From an uncultured Solirubrobacterales bacterium (GTDB taxonomy: Bacteria > Actinomycetota > Thermoleophilia > Solirubrobacterales > JBBDJG01), in the NCBI GenBank assembly GCA_963826005.1, contig CAWGVJ010000002.1, positions 267,385 through 331,384 on the forward strand: a DNA stretch of 64,000 nucleotides. The letters are read 5' to 3'. Of the stretch, positions 13,884-22,515 are shown one piece after another. A program made the position numbers and the translations under genes. The notes below the pieces were generated by a model, which searched no databases, was not told the origin of the DNA, and saw only the letters and a list, made by a program, of their open reading frames with translations. The stretch's first letter is position 1. Each line of letters starts with the position of its first letter.

Positions 13884-14504
13884 CTAGAGCAAATACTGCT
13901 GCCACGCGGTCGGGATGACCGGCGCGGCGACGCGGATGAAGATGGTGGGGCCCGGCGCCCGCGGCGCGTGACGCGGGTGCATCCCGGTCTCTACCGGCGT
14001 GCGGTTGCCCTTGCGCCGGTTGCACGGTGCGCATGACGTGACGATGTTCTCCCAGTCGCTGGGGCCGCCGCGGCTGCGCGGGATGACGTGGTCCACCGTC
14101 AGGTGGGCGTCGGTGCCGCAGTACTGGCACGTCCACGAGTCGCGCGCGAACACGGCGCGGCGGGTGATGCGCCGGCGGCGCTGATCGCGCGGCACGCGCA
14201 CGTAGGTCACGAGGCGGATCACCACCGGGTGCGGCAGCGTGACGCTCTCGGAGCGCACGGCCCGCTCGCTCTTCTCGACGAGCTCCGCCTTCTCCTTCAG
14301 GACGAGCACCACCGCCCTGCGCACGGTGCACACGTTGAGCGGCTCGTACGATGCGTTCAGCACCAGCACCCGGCCGCCGTCCGACCGCCGCGGCGCACCC
14401 GCGGTTACGCCTGCCAGGTTCCCGGCTGGCTCACACTCCCTGTCCGTCTCCCGGCCTTGCCCTCTGGGCCCCGCCGGTGTGACTCTGGCGGTCGCGGCTT
14501 CCAC
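13884..14504 (-). CDS. HNH endonuclease family protein
   Basis: 206-aa ORF with an HNH/zinc motif (CQYCG...LTVDHVIPRSRGGPSDWENIVTSCAPCNRRKGN). The start is uncertain. It is convergent with gyrA. Confidence 0.8.
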   Translation of the reverse strand: MEAATARVTPAGPRGQGRETDRECEPAGNLAGVTAGAPRRSDGGRVLVLNASYEPLNVCTVRRAVVLVLKEKAELVEKSERAVRSESVTLPHPVVIRLVTYVRVPRDQRRRRITRRAVFARDSWTCQYCGTDAHLTVDHVIPRSRGGPSDWENIVTSCAPCNRRKGNRTPVETGMHPRHAPRAPGPTIFIRVAAPVIPTAWQQYLL

Positions 14505-14544
14505 TGCGCTGCGGAAAGTGTAACCGGACCCCTGGAGCCGCCTC

Positions 14545-15411
14545 TCAGGCGCTCGGATAGCAGCCGAGCACGCGCAGCGTCTCGACCGTCGACCCGATCG
14601 CCGCGAGCGCCTCCACGACAGGTGGATCTTCCGCGTGGCCTTCGAGGTCCGCGAAGAACACGTAGCGGCCGAGGCCCTGCTTGCGGGGCCGCGACTCGAT
14701 CTTGCTGAGGTTGATCGCGCGCGTTGCGAACTCCCGCAGGACGTCCACGAGCGCGCCGGGGTGATCGGGCAGTCCCCAGAAGACGATCGACGTCTTGAAC
14801 GAACGCGGCCGATCGAACGAAGGCGGCCGATCTGTAAGCAGATCGGCCGGTTTGTGGCGGGACGATCGTGCCAGCCAGACGAAACGCGTCTCGTTCTCGG
14901 GAGTGTCCTCGACGCTTTCGGCCAGCACCTCGCAGTCGTACAGCTGAGCCGAGATGTGGTTGCCGAGCGCGGCCCACGGCTGATCGCTCTCGGCCACGAT
15001 CCGCACCGCGTCCGCGGTGGACTGGGCGCCCATCACCTCGGCGTGGCTCAGCCGCTCCCGCAGGAACTGCGCGCACTGGGCGCTGGCCTGGGGGTGGGAC
15101 AGCACTCGCTCGATGCGTTCCAGCGGGAGCCGCGTCTTCGCGATCAGGGTGTGTGTGATCGGGTGGACGACCTCGCCGACGATGTGCACCTCGTCGGTCT
15201 CGAACACGAGTGCGTCGAGCGTGGCGTTGACGGATCCCTCCAGCGAGTTCTCGATCGGCACGAGCGCCCGCTCGCACCTGCCGTCGGCGACCGCCATCAC
15301 GCACTCGTAGATGGTCGGCATGGGGACGGGCTCGATCCGCGCCCCATTGCCCGCGGCGAGCAGCGCCTCTTCGGAGAAGGTGCCCTCCGGGCCCAGGAAC
15401 GCGACTCTCAC
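14545..15411 (-). CDS. pheA: Prephenate dehydratase (PDT + ACT domains), carrying an in-frame copy of the hairpin repeat in the interdomain linker
   Basis: Sequence VAFLGPEGTFSEEA...TRFVWL...KTSIVF...INLSKIESRP. I chose the GTG at 15411, 4 nt after the upstream stop. The linker SSRHKPADLLTDRPPSFDRPRSF is encoded by repeat copy A. Confidence 0.9.
   Translation of the reverse strand: MRVAFLGPEGTFSEEALLAAGNGARIEPVPMPTIYECVMAVADGRCERALVPIENSLEGSVNATLDALVFETDEVHIVGEVVHPITHTLIAKTRLPLERIERVLSHPQASAQCAQFLRERLSHAEVMGAQSTADAVRIVAESDQPWAALGNHISAQLYDCEVLAESVEDTPENETRFVWLARSSRHKPADLLTDRPPSFDRPRSFKTSIVFWGLPDHPGALVDVLREFATRAINLSKIESRPRKQGLGRYVFFADLEGHAEDPPVVEALAAIGSTVETLRVLGCYPSA
14822..14868 (+). repeat. 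Hairpin repeat copy A (inside pheA)
   Basis: GGCCGATCTG-taag-CAGATCGGCC followed by GGTTTGTGGCGGGACGATCG. An 18-bp tandem duplication (14797-14814 and 14815-14832, 1 mismatch) precedes and overlaps the left arm. Confidence 0.75.
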
Positions 15412-15415
15412 CGGG

Positions 15416-16039
15416 TCAGCGGTGCGTCTCGGCGACGACGGCCTCGCCGAGCGCTGCACGAATCGCCTCGTCCTCCTCGGGCGAGAGCTCCAGCTCGCCG
15501 CGTCCTTCGCGCACGCCCTTCACGTACATGCGGGCCTGGTCGCGATGCAGGATCGAGGACAGCACGACGCCCGTTCCGGTGTCGTCGAGCAGCGCCATCG
15601 AGCTCGACTGGCGCCCGCTCATCTCGCCGTACGCGTCGTAGCGCACCACCGCGGTCTTGCTGATGCTGCGCTGGATGCGCCCCTCGTCCTGCTCGAGCCG
15701 CTGCTCGACGCGACGGAACGTCTCCTCCACCAGGGACTGCAGCTGCGCGAACCCGATCTCGATGTTCTCGGCGTGCGTGACGAGGTCGCGCTCGCCGCTG
15801 GTCCCGAGCACCGTGGTCTGGGCCGTGCGCACGCGGCGCAGCTTCATCCACAGAACGAGCACCAGCAGGAGCGCCAGCAGGGCGACCCCGCCCGCCACCA
15901 GCGCTGCGATGCCGGCAGCCGTAGTCAGGTCATCTGGCACGCGGGAAGGATAACCCGGCCCTCGGAACCCGCCACCACCCGGATTTCCGGCCGTCCCGTC
16001 GCCACCCGGATTTCCGGCTAAGGAAATCCGGCTGTTCAT
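15416..16039 (-). CDS. DUF4446 family membrane protein
   Basis: The C-terminal part (VVRYDAYGEMSGRQSSSMALLDDTGTGVVLSSILHRDQARMYVKGV) and an N-terminal TM helix fit DUF4446. The start is either the ATG at 16039 (ATGA overlap with the upstream stop) or the GTG at 15940. Confidence 0.7.
   Translation of the reverse strand: MNSRISLAGNPGGDGTAGNPGGGGFRGPGYPSRVPDDLTTAAGIAALVAGGVALLALLLVLVLWMKLRRVRTAQTTVLGTSGERDLVTHAENIEIGFAQLQSLVEETFRRVEQRLEQDEGRIQRSISKTAVVRYDAYGEMSGRQSSSMALLDDTGTGVVLSSILHRDQARMYVKGVREGRGELELSPEEDEAIRAALGEAVVAETHR
15979..16031. repeat. CCGGATTTCCGG repeat cluster at the junction of two minus-strand genes
   Basis: CACCCGGATTTCCGGC occurs twice (15976-15991 and 16003-16018). An inverted GGAAATCCGG lies at 16022-16031. 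Copies 2 and 3 form a 10-bp hairpin with a 6-nt loop just after the upstream stop codon. Confidence 0.4.
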
Positions 16040-17110
16040 TGCGCTGTGAAGGCCACCTGGTACTGGATGCGGTTGTTTTCCTTCGTGCCTTCGCCGGGAA
16101 CGGGCTCGACGGCGACCGTCACGGTGCTGACGGACTCGGTGCTGGGAGCCTCCGGGAGCGGGATGCTGACCGTCTCCTCCGCCCCCGCGGCGATCCGCGG
16201 GATGGTCTGGTCGACGTTGATCCGCTTGCCGTCCGAGATCGGAGACCGAGACCTTCACGTCGGTCTCCTCGGACTCGCCCTGGTTCTGGATCTTGACGTC
16301 GAAGGTGAGCTTGTCGCTGACGGGCACGCGATTGATGCCGCTCTCGTTGAGAGCCACATCCGCCGGCTTGACCGTGACGCCCTGGATGCCGGTGCCGTGC
16401 AGGCCCGGAGTCGCGGCCTTGCTGGAGGTGCTGGAGATCCGGCCGAGCCTCGTCTGGACCGTGTCGGGGTCGAGCCAGCCGAGGTCGGGCAGGAAGCGGT
16501 CGGTCGGGAAGCGCTCGTTGATGTCACGTTTCTTGTACGCGGCGGCGAGCCCGGGAATCGTGCGCTGCAGGTAGATCACGTCGCTGGCGAGCAGCGCCTG
16601 CATCTGGCCTGCGATCGCGTTGATCGCATCGCTCGAGCCGCGGTCGCCGCCGAGCGCCTCCGGCAGCGCGACCGCGATCTTCTCGAGCGCGTCGGCTCTG
16701 AACTGCAGGGCCTCGACCAGCCAGCCGTTCGCCTCGTTGAGGTCGTCGGGGTGATCGGTGTCCTTCGCGCGCTGGACCAGCTGCTCGGCGTCGGCGCGCT
16801 TCGCGTTCACCTGGGTCTGGACGTCGAGCGCGTCGGCGTTCTGCGGGCTCGAGAGCAGGTCGAACAGGCTCTGCGACAGGTCGTCGGAGCCACGCACGAT
16901 CGCCCGCGTGTCGGAGGCGTAGTCCTTGAACGCCCGGTCCTTGCGGCTGTCCAGGCAGCCGTTGATCCCCACGACCAGCAGGATCACGAGCAAGATGGCG
17001 CCGCCCAGTGCGATGGTGCGCCGCACCATCAGCGTCTGGGAATCGGTCGAGCCCGAGTCCCCCCGGGCCCTCCTTGGGCGGGCGGGCCGCCGTCCTTGCG
17101 ATGACGACAA
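16036..17110 (-). pseudogene. Membrane-anchored hypothetical protein with a C-terminal beta-sandwich (CARDB-like) segment; one frameshift near 16240
   Basis: TTG start at 17110 behind GAGGAG, with a TM helix (IALGGAILLVILLVVGI). After ...TFDVKIQNQGESEETDVKVSVS the frame breaks. My own translation of the shifted frame continues ISDGKRINVDQTIPRIAAGAEETVSIPLP...NNRIQYQVAFTAQ and ends at TGA 16036-16038. Confidence 0.6.
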
Positions 17111-17300
17111 GTTGAGCTGCTCTCCTCTTGCGCTGACGCTTTAAGGCCGCTTTCGAGCGAAGAGTATGACGAGCGGAGCGGCCGGTCGGCGCCCCCAACG
17201 GCCTCGTGGCAGGCCCCATGCGGGGGGGTGTCCCGTGGCGCGGGACGTCTTCCGTAGCATTTCCCCGCGCTGCCCACCCCGCGGGCGGTCCGAAAGGCGA

Positions 17301-18062
17301 TTGAGCTTGGGCGTCCTGAGAACAGTGGAATCGAAGCTGGAAGGCCTCGTGGAGGGCGTGTTCAACCGTGCCTTCCGGGCCCGCGTGCAGCCGGTCGAGC
17401 TGGCCCGCCGGCTGGCGAAGGAGATGGAGTCCTACAAGGCGGTGTCGGTCTCGCGCACCTACGTGCCGAACGAGTACATCGTCTTCCTGTCACGGGAGGA
17501 CCGCCGCCAGTTCGAGGGTTACGAGCCCGCGCTGCTGGAGGAGCTGGCCTCCCACCTGCTCGAGCACGCGGCCCGCGAGAGCCTCGCGCTGCTGACGCGG
17601 CCCAAGGTCTCGTTCGAGACCGACAAGCGGCTGCGGATGGGCGAGTTCGGGATCCAGGCACGGCTGGTGAAGCCTCCGCAGTCGGAGGAGGAGGAGGCGT
17701 CGCAGGGCGACCTGGGCTCGACGATGGTGTACTCCGCCACGAAGGTGCGCCAGGCGATCGCGGAGCCGGTCCCGGAGCGCCCGACGGCGCGTGCGCTGAT
17801 CACGCTGAACGGCAAGACCTTCGTCCTCGACCAGTCGCGTGCGGTCGTGGGCCGCAGCCGCCGGTGCGACTTCGTGCTCGAGGACCCCAACGTCTCGCGC
17901 CGGCACTTCGAGCTGCAGCAGCGCGGCGCGGACTGGTACGCCGTCGACCTCGAGTCGACGAACGGCATCGAGGTGAACGGGCGCCGGGTCCCGAGCGCGC
18001 GGCTGGAGCCCGGCGACGAGATCGTGGCCGGGACCTCGCGCATGCGGTTCGACCTGGACTGA
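17301..18062 (+). CDS. fhaA: FhaA-like protein (DUF3662 N-terminal domain + C-terminal FHA domain)
   Basis: TTG at 17301 after AAAGG gives SLGVLRTVESKLEGLVEGVFNRAF, the typical FhaA start. The C-terminal FHA domain is GRSRRCDFVLEDPNVSRRHFEL...STNGIEVNG. Confidence 0.85.
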   Translation: MSLGVLRTVESKLEGLVEGVFNRAFRARVQPVELARRLAKEMESYKAVSVSRTYVPNEYIVFLSREDRRQFEGYEPALLEELASHLLEHAARESLALLTRPKVSFETDKRLRMGEFGIQARLVKPPQSEEEEASQGDLGSTMVYSATKVRQAIAEPVPERPTARALITLNGKTFVLDQSRAVVGRSRRCDFVLEDPNVSRRHFELQQRGADWYAVDLESTNGIEVNGRRVPSARLEPGDEIVAGTSRMRFDLD

Positions 18063-18067
18063 GCCCG

Positions 18068-18520
18068 GTGTCCGATCCCCTCGAGGTCCTGCTCCAATTC
18101 GCCTTCCTCGGCGTGCTCTACTTGTTCCTGCTGTGGGTGGCGCGCAGCGCGCTCCGTGACCTGGGGCGGCCGGCCGCGGACTCGTATGGAGCCGACGAGC
18201 GCGCCGGGGCGAACCACGCCCGGCCGTACTCCGGGCGCTTGGTCGTCGAGCGCGGCGCGGGGCTCGCGAGCGGCGCCGAGTACGGGGTCGGCCCGGCCCT
18301 CGGCATCGGGCGGGCGGCGACCAACGACATCTGCATCGAGGACACGTTCGCCTCGGGCCGCCACGCGCGGCTGTACGACCGGGAGGGCGCCGTCTACATC
18401 GAGGACATGAACTCGACCAACGGCACATATGTGAACGGCCGGCGGCTCGGCGCCCAGCAGGTGCTGCGGCCGAGCGACCGCATCCGCATCGGCGACACGG
18501 AGTTCCGGTTCGAGCAATGA
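18068..18520 (+). CDS. fhaB: FhaB/FipA-like small membrane FHA-domain protein
   Basis: GTG at 18068. It has an N-terminal TM helix (LLQFAFLGVLYLFLLWV) and a C-terminal FHA domain (GRAATNDICIEDTFASGRHARLY...STNGTYVNG). Confidence 0.85.
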   Translation: MSDPLEVLLQFAFLGVLYLFLLWVARSALRDLGRPAADSYGADERAGANHARPYSGRLVVERGAGLASGAEYGVGPALGIGRAATNDICIEDTFASGRHARLYDREGAVYIEDMNSTNGTYVNGRRLGAQQVLRPSDRIRIGDTEFRFEQ

Positions 18521-18530
18521 AGAACGCAAA

Positions 18531-18576
18531 CCCCATCCCTCGGCAAACCGGCCAATCTGCTTACAGATTGGCCGCC
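18531..18576 (-). repeat. Hairpin repeat copy B (fills the fhaB-pstP intergenic gap)
   Basis: On the minus strand: GGCCAATCTG-taag-CAGATTGGCC followed by GGTTTGCCGAGGGATGGGG. The gap between the fhaB stop (18520) and the pstP GTG (18585) is only 64 bp. Confidence 0.7.
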
Positions 18577-18584
18577 CCATATCC

Positions 18585-19755
18585 GTGCTGAGAATCATCG
18601 ACGAGGCGGCGCGGACCGATGCCGGCCGGCAGCGCCGCGCCAACGAGGACTCGTACTACGCGCGCGCACCCGCCTTCGCGATCGCGGACGGGATGGGCGG
18701 CGCGCAGGCGGGAGAGGTCGCGTCGCGCATCGCGGCAGAGGCGTTCGACGAGCGCACCGGCGACGGCAGCGCGGAGCAGCAGCTGGCGCGCGTGGCGAAG
18801 GCGGCGAACCGCCGCATCTTCGACATGGGCGAGGGCGACTCGAGCCTGCGCGGCATGGGCACGACCCTGACCGGCGCGCTCGTCGCGGACGACGAGGTCA
18901 CGATCGTGCACGTCGGCGACAGCCGCGCGTATCTGCTGCGCGAAGGGCAGCTGCGCCAGATCACCCGCGATCACTCGCTCGTCGAGGAGCTGCGCCGCCA
19001 GGGCAGGCTGACCAGCGAGGAGGCGGAGGAGCATCCCCAGCGGTCCGTCGTGACGCGGGCGCTGGGCGTGGAGCCGGACGTGCAGCTCGACGTCCACACG
19101 CACCAGGCGCGCAGCGGCGACCTGTTCCTGCTGTGCAGCGACGGCCTCACCAGCATGGTGCGGCAGGAGCGCGTGCAGGAGATCATCGCCGGGAGCGACT
19201 CCCTCCGCACGGCCGCCGACCGGCTCGTGGCCGAGGCCAACGAGATGGGCGGCCGCGACAACATCACCGTGGTGCTGTTCCGCCTGGGCGGAGACGAGGA
19301 GGACGCCGACGGGCCCGGGGTGGAGGAGACGATGCTGGGCGCTCCGGCCGTGGAGCGGGACACGGACACGCATGAGGTCGAGGTGGCGCCACCGCCACCG
19401 CTGCCGCCACCAGCCGCCGAGCCGGCCGCCGGAGCGCAAGCGCCGGGTCACCTTCAAGCGCGTCGTCGCGACGCTGCTCGTCCTTGCCGTGCTCGCGGGA
19501 TTGAGCGTGGGCGCGTACGTTGGGCTGCGGCAGGTCTACTTCGTCGGCCAGGACGACCGCGGCCTCGTGACGCTGTATCGCGGCGTGCCCTACGAGCTGC
19601 CGTTCGGGATCGACCTCTTCGACCCGGTCTACGTCAGCGCCGTGCCGGCGCGCACGCTCACGGCGCAGCAGCGCCGCCGGATCCTGGACCACCAGCTGCG
19701 CTCGCGCGACGATGCGGCCGACATCGTGCGGCGGCTCGAGAGGGGCAACGAGTGA
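18585..19755 (+). pseudogene. pstP: PP2C-family Ser/Thr phosphatase PstP (frameshift near 19400-19440 as sequenced)
   Basis: The PP2C core is intact (RRANEDSYY...ADGMGGAQAGEVAS...VHVGDSRAYL...LLCSDGL...GGRDNITVV). The TM segment and extracellular tail (RKRRVTFKRVVATLLVLAVLAGL...) continue in ORF 19372..19755. Confidence 0.9.
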
Positions 19756-21065
19756 CCGCCCGCAACCGCGAGCTGATGGGGCTGATCCCCGTCTCGCTGC
19801 TGATCACGGCCGGGTTCACCGCCGTGTTCGCGGCGAGGCAGTCGGAGGTCGGCAACGCGAGCCTCACCTACGGCGCGATCTTCCTCGCGCTGTGCCTCGT
19901 GGTCCACCTGTTCATCCGCGCCACGCTTCCGCACGCGGATCCGTACCTGTTCCCGCTGTGCGCGCTGCTGGCGGCCGTCGGACTGGTGGTCATCTACCGG
20001 ATCGACGAAACGCTCGCGCGCCAGCAGGCCGGCTGGTTCGTGGCGGGAATCGCGCTGTTCGCCCTGACCGTGCTGCTGTTGCGCGACGTGCGGGCGCTGG
20101 AGCGCTACCGCTACATCATCGCGGCGGTCGGCATCGGGATGCTGATGCTGCCCCGCCTGCCGGGCATCGGCGCGCAGGTGAACGGCGCCTACCTCGGCGT
20201 CGACATCGGGCCGCTCAGCTTCCAGCCCACGGAGTTCGCGAAGCTCTGCATCGTCGTCTTCCTCGCGAGCTACCTGAACGAGCGCGGGGAGGCGATGGTG
20301 GCGTCGTCGCGCCGCCTGCTCGGGCTGACGATCCCGCGGCTCAAGCACTTCGGCCCGCTGCTCGTCGTGTGGGGCGCTTCGATGCTGATGCTCGTCGTGA
20401 TCCGCGACCTCGGCAGCTCGCTGATGTTCTTCGGGGCGTTCCTCGCGGTGCTGTACGTGTCGACCGGCCGGGCCTCGTTCGTGTTCGCCGGCCTCGTGCT
20501 GTTCGTCGTGGGCGCCTGGTTCTTCGCGCACACGGTGGGACACGTGCAGGAGCGCATCGACATCTGGCTCGACCCCTGGAAGGACGCGGAGGGATCGGGT
20601 TTCCAGATCGCGCAGTCGCTGTTCTCGCAGGCGGACGGAGGGTTGTTCGGAGAAGGCCTGGGGAAGGCGCTGCTGAACCTCCCGGGCGGGGCGCAGATCC
20701 CGCCGGCGCCCGACACGGACCTGATCTATGCCGTGATCGCCAACGAGCTGGGCCTGTTCGGGGCCACCGGCGTCGTGCTCGCGTACCTCCTGTTCGCCGA
20801 GCGCGGGTTCCGCGTCGCCGTGCTGTCGGAGGACGGCTTCTCGAAGCTGCTGGCCGCCGGGCTCACCGCGGTGTTCGCGCTACAGGCGTTCGTGATCGTG
20901 GGAGGCGTGACGCGGGTGATCCCGCTGACGGGAGTGACCCTGCCGTTCGTGAGCTACGGCGGCAGCTCGATCGTCGCGAACTTCGTGCTGCTCGCGCTGC
21001 TGCTGATGGTGTCCGAGCAGGCGCGCGCGCCGCGTGCGCGGCGCAGCCCGGTGGTGGAGCGATGA
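19752..21065 (+). CDS. rodA: SEDS-family peptidoglycan glycosyltransferase (RodA/FtsW)
   Basis: GTG at 19752 overlaps the pstP stop (GTGA). The protein is polytopic, with FQPTEFAKL and PLTGVTLPFVSYGGSS motifs. Confidence 0.9.
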   Translation: MTARNRELMGLIPVSLLITAGFTAVFAARQSEVGNASLTYGAIFLALCLVVHLFIRATLPHADPYLFPLCALLAAVGLVVIYRIDETLARQQAGWFVAGIALFALTVLLLRDVRALERYRYIIAAVGIGMLMLPRLPGIGAQVNGAYLGVDIGPLSFQPTEFAKLCIVVFLASYLNERGEAMVASSRRLLGLTIPRLKHFGPLLVVWGASMLMLVVIRDLGSSLMFFGAFLAVLYVSTGRASFVFAGLVLFVVGAWFFAHTVGHVQERIDIWLDPWKDAEGSGFQIAQSLFSQADGGLFGEGLGKALLNLPGGAQIPPAPDTDLIYAVIANELGLFGATGVVLAYLLFAERGFRVAVLSEDGFSKLLAAGLTAVFALQAFVIVGGVTRVIPLTGVTLPFVSYGGSSIVANFVLLALLLMVSEQARAPRARRSPVVER

Positions 21066-21075
21066 GGGTCCCGGC

Positions 21076-22506
21076 GTGAACGCGCGCATCCGCAACCTGT
21101 TCGGCCTCGTCACGGGCCTGTTCGCCGTGCTGATCGCCTTCACGACCTACTGGTCGGTGTTCCAGGCGGACGAGCTGGAGGCCAACCGCGCGAACAAGCG
21201 CCCGCTGCTGGAGGAGCAGCAGATCCGGCGCGGCCTGATCGTCGCGCGCGACGGGACGGTGCTGGCGCGCAACCGCGCCGTGGGGAGCTCCCCCGGTTCT
21301 ACGAGCGGCATCTATCCCGAGGGCGGCCTGTTCGGGCACCCCGTGGGTTACAGCTTCGTGGAGCGTGGGCGCGTGGCCTTGGAGCGTGAGTACAACGACG
21401 ACCTGACCGGCAAGACCGACGAGTTCGTGTCGCTGCTCGACGAGGTGCGCGGCCGCGAGCGCGAGGGCGACGACGTCTTCACGAACCTCGACCCGCAGGC
21501 GCAGCAGGTGGCGCGCGCCGGGCTCGCCGGCCGCGCCGGGTCGGTCGTGGCGCTCGACCCGCGCACCGGCCGCGTGCGCGTGCTGGTGAGCATCCCCAGC
21601 TACGACCCGAACGAGATACCGAACCGCTTCGGCGACCTGCGGCAGGCGCCGCGCTCGCCGCTGCTGGACCGCGCGGTCCAGAGCGGGTACCCGCCCGGCT
21701 CCACCTTCAAGGTGGTGACCGCGACGGCCGCGATCGACTCCGGCAAGTACACGCCGACCTCGGTCGTGGACGGGAAGTCGCCGAAGCGCATCGGCGGCGT
21801 CCCGCTGTCGAACTTCGGCGACGAGGACTTCGGCCCCATCACGCTCACCACCGCGCTCACCAACTCCGTCAATACCGTGTGGGCCGAGGTGGGCGAGAAG
21901 CTCGGCAAGGCCACGCTGTACGAGTACATGAGGCGCTACGGGTTCGACCGCAAGCCGCTGATCGACCTGCCCCGCGACGAGATGCGCGCCAGCGGCGTGT
22001 ACGGGCGCAACGGCCGGCTGCTCGGTCCCGCGGACGCGATCGACATCGGGCGCGTCGCGATCGGCCAGGAGCGCCTGCAGGTGACCCCGCTGCAGATGGC
22101 CCTGGTCGCGGCGGCGGTCGCGAACGGCGGGAGCCTGATGCGCCCCCACCTGGTGCGCACGGTGAAGGATCGTGACGGCCGGGTCGTGCGCGAGGTCAAG
22201 CCGAGCGAGCAGAGCGACGTGATGAAGCGCAGCACCTCGGCGCAGCTGGCGCTGATGATGACCAACGTGGTGAAGGAGGGAACCGGCACGGCGGCCGCGC
22301 TCGAAGGCATCGACGTGGCGGGCAAGACCGGTACCGCGGAGCGGGGCGGCCCCATCAACCAGGCGTGGTTCATCGGCTTCGCGCCGGTCAAGAACCCGCG
22401 CGTGGCGATCGCCGTGACGGTGGAGCAGACGACGGGCCAGGGCGGGACGGTGGCGGCGCCGATCGCCAAGCAGGTGATGCAGTCGCTGCTGCGGGAGGGC
22501 CTATGA
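21076..22506 (+). CDS. pbpA: Class B penicillin-binding protein (transpeptidase)
   Basis: GTG at 21076. It has an N-terminal TM helix and the active-site motifs STFK, SVN and KTGTAE. Confidence 0.9.
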   Translation: MNARIRNLFGLVTGLFAVLIAFTTYWSVFQADELEANRANKRPLLEEQQIRRGLIVARDGTVLARNRAVGSSPGSTSGIYPEGGLFGHPVGYSFVERGRVALEREYNDDLTGKTDEFVSLLDEVRGREREGDDVFTNLDPQAQQVARAGLAGRAGSVVALDPRTGRVRVLVSIPSYDPNEIPNRFGDLRQAPRSPLLDRAVQSGYPPGSTFKVVTATAAIDSGKYTPTSVVDGKSPKRIGGVPLSNFGDEDFGPITLTTALTNSVNTVWAEVGEKLGKATLYEYMRRYGFDRKPLIDLPRDEMRASGVYGRNGRLLGPADAIDIGRVAIGQERLQVTPLQMALVAAAVANGGSLMRPHLVRTVKDRDGRVVREVKPSEQSDVMKRSTSAQLALMMTNVVKEGTGTAAALEGIDVAGKTGTAERGGPINQAWFIGFAPVKNPRVAIAVTVEQTTGQGGTVAAPIAKQVMQSLLREGL

Positions 22507-22515
22507 GGGAGATCA

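Noticed and set aside
13884-14504. The HNH endonuclease as a homing endonuclease, mobile element or restriction/defence module.
   Set aside because: It is a stand-alone small HNH gene with no intein or intron context. It has no partner methylase or ATPase, no flanking repeats and no integrase. There is no evidence of mobility or of a multi-gene defence system.
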